Shown here: positions 11,242-23,551 of the stretch, piece by piece
Position numbering within the stretch: position 1 is the first letter of the stretch
How the letters are laid out: the number at the start of each line of letters is the position of its first letter
Assembly (NCBI GenBank): GCA_023515725.1
Contig: JALDTO010000275.1
Location: forward strand, 21,250 to 85,249
DNA length: 64,000 nt
Direction of reading: 5' to 3'
Origin: Amoeboaphelidium protococcarum X5
Lineage: Eukaryota > Fungi > Aphelidiomycota
The notes under the pieces: model-generated
What the model was told of the DNA's origin: nothing
The model's database searches: none
Seen by the model: the letters and a program-made list of their open reading frames with translations, nothing else
Program-made: the position numbers and the translations under genes

Positions 11242-12559
11242 TCAAATACTACCAGCAAGCTTTGACAGCACCGCCTTTAATCTGTCTCTACGGAACTGCA
11301 ATTGTTATCTCTCAGCTTAAATGTTGAAGTCCTCCATCAAGTACTCATCCACTTGACTTTGTGAGAATTCTGCCACTGCCTTGATCAAAACCTTCTACAA
11401 GCGCTTTGGAAAGCTTTAAACCAAGTGATAATCTAGGGCCAAACAGATGTTATCGACGTATCGTTTGTAGGCAGTACGCCAATAAGAACCGACAATAGCC
11501 ATCACTTCTATTGCTTCAAGATCATCTTTAGATTCTTCGACCGGTGTAGTCTTTTCAGTATAAGTTCTATACGCACTGTCATAAATTTTTTCAACTTTGT
11601 CGGGAAACAGCTTCTCTTTCAACACCTTGACTTCCTCCGTTCTTAATTTGGTGATATAATGATCATTCAGCGTTATAAAGCAATTCAACTCCGCTTCAAA
11701 CATCTGACAGCAAGCCAACTCACACTCTTTACCCACCCTGTCCAGGAAACTAACACTCAAATCCATAATAGCTTGGCCAAATTCTTCAAATCTACCAGCT
11801 ATTTCCGTTACAGTGTCCTGAAGCTTATCCTTGATAAACACGAGCAATTACTCTTAGCATTCTTCAACGGGAGAGTGCCAATCCTCGATACAAGAAGTCA
11901 GAAGCTTTCTAATAACACTTTCAGGTAGCAGTCCAGGCAAGACACGACCTTTAGAACTGGCAATCTGCTGCTTCACCGACTCTAATGTCAAGCAAGATCC
12001 AGGTAAAGATGCTTTGCCATTTTTGTCAACAAATTCATCATCTTCAGAAATTGCACACCCAGACTTGAAGAATTCGTTTTTCAACCAAAGTTTCGTATTG
12101 CGAATCTCCGTACGAAGTACCTTGAACATCTCTAACTCCTCATTCCAGAACTGCTCACCTTCCACACCAGAACATATCTACTTCATTTCCTGGCAAACAG
12201 AGCCCGCTAAAGCAATCAACTCAGCAACGGAATTCTCCAGCTACTGGGAAGTGGGTCACCCGCCTATTGCAGAGCTTAACAGTTCGGCATGCGCCACATA
12301 AACATTGAGCCCTCCCGAAGTTAATCAGTCGGATGTTGATGCAGCATGCGCTCAAACAGTAAGATGCAGCCTTGGCCCGTAGACAGCCAACCCGTAGGAT
12401 GTCAAGGCAATAGGCCGAACACGATAAACACAAACTACATATACACACAAATAACTCTGCGTAGAAAATCTGCTTTAAACTTACCGCTGCATGCTTATTA
12501 ATCTATCTATAAACCAAATCTTTAGAATAGCCATTCAAAGCAGTTAACCAGAAGACCAT
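11242..12559 (-). CDS. Mx/dynamin-like stalk + GED protein without GTPase domain; exons 12485-12559 and 11242-12240 (or -12243) (about 358 aa)
   Basis: Middle-domain motif SKGRVLPGLLPESVIRKLL..W, ITLNDHY, GED motif EVMAIVGSYWRTAYKRYVDNICLALDYHLV and MEDFNIQAERQQL. An in-frame TGA at 12256 is removed by a phase-0 GTAAGT...AG intron. Confidence 0.7.
12255..12425 (-). ncRNA. Candidate structured RNA element inside the long intron; class and strand unresolved
   Basis: Several exact complementary pairs: 12262-12270/12407-12415, 12282-12288/12414-12420, 12305-12310/12350-12355, 12372-12376/12386-12390. GC-richer than the flanks. Confidence 0.3.
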
Positions 12560-12994
12560 TGTATATAATCCGATAAATAATGAGATTCTACTTGTACAGA
12601 TACGAGATCAAAAGCAGAGAAGAAAGCGGCTGGCGATATCAAACTTTTATTGAGACTGATACATCACACTGAACACTCATCACAACCAGTTGTTACACAC
12701 GCGAATCACAAAGTGACGTGGTCAACAGGCACAAATCATAGCAGACACACACATAATACAAACACTTTTAATGGACGTATTCATAAAAAACTTTATTCGT
12801 TAAGAATAATATAAGTCCTTTATAGTCTATTAGCACACTAATGATTATAAGGCGTGGACGGGTCAAAATTCAGTTAATCTCAAGTGACAAAGAGATCGCG
12901 TTATTTGCTAAAGCTATCTCAACTTGAACGCGACGTCTATCTCTTTTGCTTTTACATCACCCAACACACGAGCAATTGTAATCGATTATCAAAA

Positions 12995-13273
12995 ATGAAT
13001 ATGTTTGGCGCGGCTTAGAATTAATAAATGCAGTAGATACGTATGGCGCAGGCTGAAATGGAATTAGAAATGATGACTGATACATTTAATCATATTCTGT
13101 GGACGTGTCATAAAAAGTGCATCCCACCCAAGTATCATGAAGGCGATCTGAACAAGGGCGAGGCTGTATGCATTGATCGCTGCGTGGTTAAATACATGAC
13201 TTCCTTTTAGAAAATTGGTAAACTTATGAACGACATGGGCTAATAACGGATGCAATAAGAATAATAATAGTGA
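12995..13273 (+). CDS. TIM10: Mitochondrial small Tim chaperone Tim10 (92 aa); absent from ORF track
   Basis: AEMELEMMTDTFN..CHKKC..YHEGDLNKGEAVCIDRCVVKY twin CX3C motif; ends TAA TAA TAG TGA. Confidence 0.93.
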
Positions 13274-13512
13274 TGGTCTATAAATATATTGATCGTTCCT
13301 GTGATATTTGGCTTAATTTATATCTTGAGAGCCATTGTCTTACGGTATTTAGCGTGTGTCACTATTGTTTCTCTCTCATTTGATCGCGACGCGCTGCTTG
13401 AAAACTTCTCAACCGGAAAATTCTTTTTCTTGCCGTGATAACTAACACTCAGCAGTGATTTTAATATATTCTACAGTATACTGAACGCTTTACTTTATCT
13501 ACAATTTTAGAA

Positions 13513-15159
13513 ATGGAAACATTAGTGGTATTGTTGAGAACTATTTCAAGAATGTTCTATGCACCAAAGCAGGTGATAGCGTTGGATCTTCTGTCTTAGA
13601 ATCTGGCTAACAGCGAACATCCGGAGGGAGTGGGTAGCAATGGTGTTGTGCCTGAAGAGGAATTGGCTTTCATAATGCGGATGCCCGTGAGCCAACTACG
13701 GCGACTGCTGGCCAAGTGTAGGAGCGAAGGATTGATCAAGGTGGAGTAGAGGAGCTATGCAAGATAGAGCTAGTATGAGCCGAAATTCCAAGGTTAAAAG
13801 TAGAAATTCTCTCATCGCTCTTACTATTACGTGGACTATTAGGCACTGTATGCCCTGGTGAAGTACAAAGTTTGGAAAATTACATCTCATCTCAGGTAGA
13901 ATCCAACGATTGCGCTGAATAATAAATAATCACAAGGAGGTAAATCTTAGCCAGCCAATTCTACACTGATCAGTTCTCGCGGTGGATCATCAGAGAAGGA
14001 TGTCATGTATGAGTGTCCGAAATGCAAAATGTAATTCAGTATGGTGGAAGCGACTAAATATATACAACCACCCAATTATCTCTTTATATGTCCTTATCAT
14101 CGTGAGGATGAACAGAATGAGCTACAGCTGATCCAGGCGCGCGTTGATGCAGCACTATCAGAATCTGGATACTTGAAGCAATGGTCCGAGCTGATGAACA
14201 GTATGGGTATTGTAAATATGCTCAAATCTTTGGAGGGATATGTTATACCTCGACCGAACTTGGATAAAGAGATTGCGCGTATTATCAAGAAGCGTGAGTT
14301 GGCGGAAGCTTAGATGTTGAAGTAGAAGGGTATCTCTGGTGCATAATTTTAGGCTGGTGATGGGCGCAGAGGTAGCAAAGGAGGAGTTGTTGTGTTGGAT
14401 TCTGATGCGTCAGGTGACAAGTAGATGTAAGGTGGTGATGATGGTGGTGTTCAAGTTGAAATTTAGAATGGAGACGAGTTGATGATTGGCGATAATTAAT
14501 AGCTGACAGCAAAGGAACTGGCTGATAAAGAAAAGGTTAGAATGCAGAATATCATGCCGTTCTGGCACTAAAAATCAACTGTATCTGGTGCTGATGAGTT
14601 GCGTAATGCATAGAATGATAAATAGAAGAAATAGTTATAGTAGTAGTAGTAGTAATTCTAAAGCAAAGATGGAGTCAGATCGGCAATGGACGAGTATGGT
14701 ACCACTGTGGGGACACAGGTTGGTGCTCCTGCTAGCACATTCTTTGGTGAAGGTGATTATGTCACTGGAATGGGTGAGCAAAGTCAGGAGTAGGATATAA
14801 TGAATTTCTATGAACAGTATTATGCATCTCAGTTGAGATCTTCCTCAGATCATGGCAGTGAAGATGAGCATGAAGCAGATGTGTCGGCCACAATGAAGAA
14901 TGGTGTTACCTGTGGTACAGCAGTCAATGTAGAAGAGTTTAATGATGATAATGAAGAAGATGACGATGAAGAGTTTGAAGAAGTTGATGTGGATGCTCAA
15001 CTGCTAGCTCTTAATAATGAACCGATGCTGCCTACTAAAAGGGCTCTTGAATCTGATTAGGATGATTTTAATGAAAGTTAAACTGATGGATTTTTAGCTA
15101 AGAAGTCGAAGCAAGTGCAGGACTCTGAATTTGAAGACGAAAGCTTTGAAGCTGTATGA
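13513..15159 (+). CDS. TFA1: General transcription factor TFIIE alpha subunit (548 aa)
   Basis: N-terminal LLRTISRMFY..EEELA, YYYVDY..VKYKV, zinc ribbon YECPKC..FICP, NIMPFWHQKSTVSG, acidic tail. Confidence 0.85.
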
Positions 15160-15346
15160 TCAGTTATGCATAAGCTCAATCACAAAAGTGAAAGTTGCGT
15201 AATCTACTGCATATTTGAAGTATCTGCAAAATTCATTCTATTCTTACTTCTTATCATCATTTATTACTGCAAATTTAACTTAATGTCATCCTAGTTCACC
15301 TTTTTGTAATCATCCCTAATCATTGTCATTATCATAGAGTTCTGTA

Positions 15347-16918
15347 TCATATGCCTTGCTTGGTCAAAAATTTGACAAATCTCTTGGCATAGGCAGATGG
15401 ACTGGCACACGATATTCCACTACCTTTAATCGTTCCATAAATCACTCGCTCACCTCTCTTCTTCACATTGTAACTTGAGAATATATCAATAATCTTGCCA
15501 TTAAAGTAGCCAGACATTTCACTGTATCCGCACAGGAAGGAGTAATCAGTGAGATTGTGCTCCTGCAAGAATTCGACGTCTTTCATCAATTGCAGACGCC
15601 ACTCAACTTTATTATTATTCTGCAATGGTAGCGTTAACTGGAGTCCCATGCTGAGGAAGTCTTGGTCTTTATATACAGTCTCATCGGGCTTCTTGAATCT
15701 ACCCACAGAGCTACCTTTGAGATCGAAAACCATATCGTAGCTTTGTTCACTAGGAGAGCCAAGAGCGTTCTTCATTACGATATAATGGCGAGGGAAAATC
15801 TCATCCTGGTGAGCAATCTTGATCAGTGCCACGTACTCAACCAGTAAAGAACCAAGATTGTTGTCCACATATTGTAGATAATCAGGCAAAACTTACTTGA
15901 TGGTCTTCAGTTCTAATGCAGTTACAGACTTGGCGATAAACTTCTTATCAGATGTCCACAGTAGATGACAACCAGATTTTCCGGCGCTAGTCACTTTCAA
16001 AGGGCCTTGGAAGGATTCATACAGATCTTGAAGGTAGACGCGTTCTGTCCAGATGTGATAGGCGAATAAACTGGCATAGTACACTTTGATATCAGTTGTG
16101 CCAGTTTAGGTATTCATTTGGTATTCTAGCTAGTCGCGGTCATTCACCATAGGCAGAGATTTCAAATTGTCAAGTTCATAAATTGCTTTTCTCAGAGCAG
16201 GGATCACATGAGGTGGTAAACTGGCGGTGTTGTCTGCTATGGACTCGGATTGCACCATTGGGAGCATTGTTTATTCAAGCGGTGCAGTCTAAGTTCCCAT
16301 ATCACACTTGATCACTTAAGGAGTATATACAGGAGGTAAACTCTATGCACTATTGACCAAATGTCCATTTGCAGTACTCTCTATTACCGTCACGTCCTGA
16401 GAAGATGTGGCAAGGCTATTTTTAAGATCCATACCGCTCATCTTAAAAATAGCCTTACTGATTGAGGAGCCACGCGATATCAAAGACACAAACTTGGATG
16501 TGGAAGAAGACACTGATGGACGGTGAGATTTGCTCACTTCTTGCGAAGGCTGTAGGAAGCTTTATCTTGTAACAACTATAGTGGCATCAGATGATTGAGA
16601 GGCAGTCCTTGTTCTCGACATTGCATCACCAGCAGTAACAGCGGGTGTTGGGCCTTCCCACAGTGTCATCACATTTGACTTGGTGATCTACTGACTACCC
16701 GCGGTGTATGCTTGAGTATTAGACACATTCATTGCAGTAGGATCACTGGTATAGCAGCAAGGGTAATCTTCTTTCAGCTAATTTTGTTTGGATGTTGACG
16801 CAATCGCTCCTTCTTTCTTCACGCGCGCGCGACCAAGTGAAACAATAACTTTCTTCTTGAATTTCTGAAACATGCTCTTTAAAGTTGACGCCTGTTGAGG
16901 TGCAACTTCAGTGGTCAT
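15347..16918 (-). CDS. Phosphatidylinositol-phosphate kinase (PIP5K fold) with compact catalytic domain (523 aa)
   Basis: SAGKSG..TSDKKFIAKSV, FDLKGS, DVEFLQEHNLTDYSFL, IIDIF, ISCASPSAYAKRF. Confidence 0.88.
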
Positions 16919-17387
16919 ATAACAAACTTGAATTTAATTTTTATTGTTGATTTACTTCTTTTTAAATGTCTATCTATACTTGTATAGAGACTATATGTTT
17001 TATCGCTTTCGAGATTTTGTTGTGTTGTTGATGGAAGAGATGAGTACTTTTGTCTGGGTTATTTTTAAGATTGATAAAGTGTTGAATTATCATAATCTAT
17101 CATTGGCCCATAATTTAACGTAAGCCACACTTTTAAATTCATAAGTTATGAGAGGTGATAATTACGAAAGGGCAATACAAATTGGTGTTCTGGTTGGACC
17201 TACATCTTTTACGTACGTACAGTACTAGTTTGCATGCATCATCCTTAATGTCGCGAACTTTGTAAATCGTTATAACGACAACTGCATGGCTGCACTATGC
17301 AAGATCAATGACTGCAAACCATCATTTAATTATAAGCCATTTCAAAACGCGATAAAATTAAAACGATCAAGTATGAACCATTTTTAT

Positions 17388-19859
17388 TCATTCCAAGTCA
17401 ACTTTAACAATTCTTAGTGAGTAATCGTCAGAGGAGATAGCCAATTTTAATGGTAAAGTTCCGCTTTCAATTGGTCTCCATTTAACAGAAGTGACGCTTT
17501 TCTTGGGACAATCAGATTCTGTTAATCTCTTCGCAATCTTCCATTCATTGATTTTATCGCAACCAGCGCAAAATATCTCGATAGTACCATCTTCATACCC
17601 GACGGCAGCGATTAACTTTCCGTCACACGAACTGCCATAAACATCCACAGACATTGGAACTTTGGCAACTTTCACGGTCTGAATACATTGCCACAAATTA
17701 GTGGTGGAATCCAAAGACCACACTTTAAGGCTCTTGTCACGCGCTATAGTCATAAACTCAGTGTTGGTCGGCAGCCAACTGCAATCCCAAATCATTCGAG
17801 AGTGAGCATTCTGGCATACTTGCTGTACACTGTAAGAATTGAACGCGTGTTCGTACACTGTCCATTGTCTGTCTCTTCCCACAGTTACTATAAATCTATC
17901 ATCGGGACTGAACTGAATACTGCACACAGTCTATTTATGAGTTTTAAAAGATTCCAAGCGTTTAATCTTTCCACTAACACCATCTATTCGCCACAAGATC
18001 AGAGAGCCACTCTTTGTATCAACATCATTCAGAGATGCACGACATACATTTGCACTCATCATGTATGCATAATTGTTGGCGACTGCTAGCGTATATAAAT
18101 CATCCCCATGTGCATATAACTTGTCAATTTCAGTCCACAACGTAATTGATGACAAATGATTCTCCATAGGTATGATGGCAGATTCACTTTAAAACTCGTC
18201 TAGATGCGAAAGATCATCCTTGTTCTCAATATTAGCTTTATTGGACAATCCAAGCGCTGGAAGGGTTGAGGCCTTCTGCACCTCCCAGAAATCCTAATGA
18301 GATTCTGCAGCATTGGACACCGTAGATGGAAGAGATTTAAGTGACATGAGCTTCTTACACAGTGGAGATGCCTCAAATACTCTAATCACCTTCTCTCCCT
18401 CAGAGCAAGAGACAAACCTCAATCCATCCTGAGTGGTAAACGCTGCACGAAGCAGAGGATATCCATGTATTTGTGGACGATTCAACTCTAGCCAGCGAGG
18501 AGTGCCATCAACTTTAACTTCTGTCCAAATTCTAGTAGTTTTATCCAGGGAGGTTGATAAAAGCATCTGTCCATCATGACTCCATGTGCATCCTTTTACA
18601 GAATCAAAGTGACCCGTCTGGGCAGGCAAAGTCGTCCACTTACTGTCGTCAATCTCCCTGCCCATTTCCAATTGCCAAAATTACACAGCTCCTGCATAGG
18701 ATTATCCAAGAAGAAGCAATCCATCTTCACGATGCAACACATGTGCCCAATAGAATCCACAAGAACCTGCACCGCCATTACCACTCGCGGAAGGACTATT
18801 AACTGTGTTGGCACCAGAATCACCGCCAATATTGCCATTCAAAGCCATAGACAGATCATAGAATCTGTTTAAAATCTACCAAGACGCGTCACTATCCATT
18901 GAATCCCTTCCCCAGAGACATATCGATTTATCAGCAGACGCGGACACCAGGTAATCAACTTGGTTGTAACTAAACCATCTAACAGAATGGACCCAATCTT
19001 CATGCCCAGAAAGTACTGCATCAAGTTGCACTTATAAAACTCTATCCTGATCAAGATTAGCTTCATATAATTTAGTTGCTAGCTGAGACTCTAATTTCTA
19101 TTGCAGCAATGACTGATTCTACTAGCGATTGCGACGATCAGATTAACTACAAATCTTAATCTTGAACAGTTTGATGTACTTATCTAACGAAGCTGTAGCT
19201 AACATCCATTAGTTATTATCACCCGAAGATAAAGACTTTAATTCCATATCCTTGATCCAGTCTGAATGAGCTGGCAATGATAGAATCATCTTCACTTGAG
19301 ATTAATTAGACGCGTCAACATCAAGACATAGAACAGTTAGCTTAGAATCTGTAGTAGCGGCAAGAATTAACAGCTTCTATAAGCAGTCGCCATCACAAAG
19401 AGGTAGTACTTAAACGCAAGTAGCTACTTTGCCTTTATCAAGCTTGTATTGGACTTGGTTCGCAGCGATACTCTATTGTGATGGAGAAAATTACAAAATC
19501 ATAAGCATTCCATCGCTAAAGGACACCGCAATCCAGTATTGATCATCATCACCATTCACTCCACACACTGAGATATTCAAAATAGATGTTCCATCACGTC
19601 GTGTTGAGTGCAATAGCTAACCATTAAGAGTGCAAATATTAAATTAGCCACTAGAGTCTCCAGCACTATAAAGATCACGAGATATCCATTTCAATGCAGT
19701 GATCATTGAGAAAGAAGGCACTATCAACTAAACTGGATCCGACATGACGTCCTAGCCAGTATTCTTCACATAAATATTCACATCAGACGCGTAAATTAAT
19801 TGGCCCAACTCATTAACGCTAGACACATTAGGCTTCTATTAGATTGCTGCTTTGAGCAT
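17388..19859 (-). CDS. ELP2: Elongator complex subunit 2, WD40 (823 aa)
   Basis: AHSDWI, GHEDWVHSVRW, GHFDSV, RPQIHGY, EKVIRVF, LPALGLSNKA, TLWTEIDKLYAHG, AHSRMIWDCSW. Confidence 0.93.
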
Positions 19860-20029
19860 TTTTGCAATTTTTCTATTGTGATTTCTTCAATGCAGGAAAG
19901 TGAAAGGGATTAGCTGTAAGGAGACCGATTCGTAAAAAAGTTAACCATTGAGCTGATAAAGATATATTTCAAAAGGAAAGATTAAAATGTTCAAACTAAT
20001 ACAATATATTTTTGGCCTTACAGGACTTT

Positions 20030-21934
20030 TCAAATGGAACTTATTTCTTGCACAACTTAATTCTCCTTATCATCACCATCGCTCAGTAATCGTCGCCTCT
20101 TGGGGGAATGACTTTCGAGTTCAACCAGATCAGTGTCACTCAATACTCCTTCACTATTCTCGTCAACTTCACCGGCGCTTCTATCACTGAGGGACTCTTT
20201 ACGTGATGAGGATTGTTATTAATTGAACATTTCATCATCACCATCATCATTATATTCCATTTTTTACTATCCTTGTGAGTCTGCAGTTGGCTCTTCGAGA
20301 TCGTCGCCTAAAACAGCGACTGCGCTATGATCAACAATCATGCTCTCTCTAGGATCAGGGGAGTGGAGCATGTCAGCCTGAGTGAATTCAGTATCTAAAG
20401 CATTCGGCTCCAAGTCCAGAGAAGATATACTGCCAGTGTCTTCAGCAGTAGGAGATGTCTCTACGTCTTGCATACCACGACTGTAATCATTATCATCAGT
20501 CTTGTCATCTTCATCCTGCATCTATTTGATAGAGTCATCATCGACACTCATGACCATAGAATCACGCACGTACTTGTGCTCTTCAGGAGGCGCGGATCGA
20601 GAGGCCATTGCACCTACTGCAGCAGCTCCGGCTAAACCAGCTACCGCGGCACCTGCAGCTACAGGAGCATTTGATTTAACTGCGTCAGAGCCTGCAACAG
20701 AAGCATCTTAAGACAGCATTTCCTGAGTCACAGACTATTCAGCACCGCCACTCAGAGCATCTTCGTCCTCAGCAAACGCTAAAGAGGCCAACGCCGTTTC
20801 CTTGTCATTATCGTCAAATTCCATTGATGTGATACGAGAATTATTATCAGAATTAGTTGTCAGATTTTTCCCGTTATCGGCCATCACCTCTTCACCTTTA
20901 GCTCTTTCAGATGAGGATGGACTGATGATAGGAGGAGGTGGGATAACAAGTGGCGGCTCTTACGACGATCTATACATTTCAGACTAATTCTATTACTACT
21001 AGCTAGACTGTTCATCATCACCATCATCATCGCCATTAGAGCGTCTTCTACCGGCCATGGCAGCTGCTCCAATAGCACCGGCTGCTACACCAGCGGCCGC
21101 ACCAGCTCCGACGCCAAATCCGGATCCAGCTGCAGATTCTCCAGTAGAGGGAAGAGCTTTGTCCATGTACGAGATGGCCTATGACGCGTCAGGTCTGTAA
21201 TACTACTGCTATTGTAAAGACCGAGGGTAGACTTCGGGTGCGCCCATGTTACCGTTGCCTGCTCCATAACCAGCAGCAGGTGCAGATTAACCATAGCCAC
21301 CTTCTACATCATCGTCATCATCAGTCTTATCGTGTCTTCGCGACAATTTTCTCAAGATGACAAACGCGACTATACTAGCAACGAGGGCGGCAATTACAAT
21401 TCCAGCGATAGCACCAGGCGTCAAATTTGGACCTTGCGATGAACTGCCATCTGACTGATTATCTGATGGTCTATTCGTCGGGCTTGACGTGGAGGTTGTC
21501 CTTGTTCTTGTTGATGAGGAGGAGGATGGAGATGCACTGGAAGATGCAGTCGGAGAGGGGGAGCTACTAGAAGTAGGTGACTCTGGCGAGGATGGAGGCT
21601 GTTGGCCCTGAGGGATATTCGGCGGAGTCTTGCCAGGATTTTACGCGAGCCATTGATCTAAATATGGATCAGGCGGAGGTGCGGCTTATACAGGCGGATT
21701 GAGCGGCTATCCAGAGAAAAATGCAGCCTATCCCACCTGGCCTACAGAGCCAACGCTGCCAGGATCATCGGGGCCTAATGTACCAGCAGGCCGTCCAGGA
21801 GTGGCGCCTACATTAGGAGTAGCGGGCACAATATTTTGTGGCGTTGAAACAACGTTAATCACGAGTATTTCTATCAATTAAATCGCTACAATCAGATTGA
21901 ATAATTTCCTTTGTTTCAAATTCCAAATTATCAT
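20030..21934 (-). CDS. Type I membrane protein with P/S/T-rich ectodomain, Mid2/Wsc-sensor-like architecture (634 aa)
   Basis: Hydrophobic N-terminus, P/S/T-rich stalk, TM LTPGAIAGIVIAALVASIVAFVIL followed by RKLSRR, long acidic tail; TGA at 20032-20030. Confidence 0.7.
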
Positions 21935-22416
21935 GATTGTTTCAATGTTTTCTGCTTTCAATAGTTTTTACAATGTATACGAATTCCCAATATATCAATA
22001 TCAGTATTGAAAGATACTATTATAGAGAATAAATGATAAGATAATATATCTATCTAAGAAAAGACTGTTAATAAAGTCACGTTAGACAAAAGAGTCATGA
22101 AATCCTAGTCTCGTGTAACTGTTCCTCCCATTCGACCAATCAGAACGTCCACACAAGTGACTTTGTGATCTCCGTCTGCTGATTGGCCATCCGAATGACT
22201 TTTCTTGGCTGATTAGGCCCCTCATTCGAGAGAATTTTGATTTGTTCAGTAGATCTAACAAAGTACTGGCATGGTGCTTGTGTATCTAAAAGTATATGAA
22301 GGTTAACCGTGATATTTGTAATTAAACATTGTTTTTCGACCATTGCACTGGTTTATGGACTGCTGGTAAGACATCTCTTGATCTTCTAACCATTTTTGTT
22401 ACACCAAATTATCAAA

Positions 22417-23241
22417 ATGATCAAAACATTGAATCAAATTCCTTCTCATATCATTCGCCCGTATTACGTTACGCAGCCTTTGCGTGAACGGACTCTTAAT
22501 CTCAAGAATGCGACAGATATAGTAAAATTGCGTGAGTCTTGCGTTATAGCTAGAGATACTCTAGATCATTTGAAGAAGTTTGTTGTACCGGGTACTTCAA
22601 CGTTTTAGATTGACGCGATGGCAAGAGAGTATATCACGCGTCAGAACGCTTATCCTTCTCCGCTCATGTACAACAAATTCCCAGGTAGTGTTTGTACAAG
22701 TGTAAATGAAGTTGCTGTCCATGGTATACCATCTGAAGATATTATTCTGCAAGACGGTGATGTGATTTCTATTGATGTTACTGTCTTTAAAAATGGATTT
22801 CATGGTGATACATGTGCAACTTTTACTGTTGGCAAATGCTCAGAAGATTCTAAATAATTTGTATAAAAGTCGCGTATGTGTACTATGGATGCCATCAAAA
22901 ATATTGAGGTGAATGGCCCTCTGAATAGAATAGGATTAGCTATCGATCGGTTTTGTTCAGCCAACTCAGTTACTAGTCTTTAAGCATTCTACGGTCATGG
23001 AATAGGAGCTGATTTTCACGAGCTTCCGTATGTCTCTCATTTCACAGATCAGGATTGTAATGATGTAGTTCGTGAAGGTATGGTATTCACAGTGGAACCT
23101 GTGATAACACGGTCCACGTCGCAAGATTTAGAAATGTGGGAAGACGAGTGGACTATCGCTACTGCAGATGGGCAGATTTGTGCATAGACTGAGCATACCG
23201 TGGCCATTACTCACAATGGAGTTGAAATTTTGACTTTATGA
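22417..23241 (+). CDS. Methionine aminopeptidase type 1 lacking N-terminal zinc finger, MAP1D-like (274 aa)
   Basis: IPSHIIRPYY, AYPSPL, CTSVNEVAVHGIP, DVT, GFHGDT, GHGIG, FTVEP, AQTEH with the Q encoded by TAG at 23185. Confidence 0.92.
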
Positions 23242-23551
23242 ATGACCATTTTATTGATCACTACTGCATTTTTGTTTACAATGAAGAAGATTTGCAGTAT
23301 ACATTTTATGCGGCAAATAAAGCTCTTTGTGGTGAACTAGAAGTCGAAGGCTGTCGAGATTATGGACTGAAAATTGTTGCCCATTCAAGCTTTTCTGACT
23401 TTCATGTTTCTGACAATCACATAATTATCTTGCGTCGTACCGTATTAAGAGGGAAATTCAATTTTTTTTGAAACGAGCGGCGCGCTCGTCCTTTCTTTCT
23501 TCTCTCCTCTAAACTTTAAAATCCGCCCGCCACTATAGTCAACACGCGCAC

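Noticed and set aside
22355-22416. Upstream ATG plus GTAAGA donor and CTAAC that might add a targeting exon to MetAP
   Set aside because: The next AG after the putative branch point lies past the conserved IPSHIIRPYY motif, so no consistent splice model exists.
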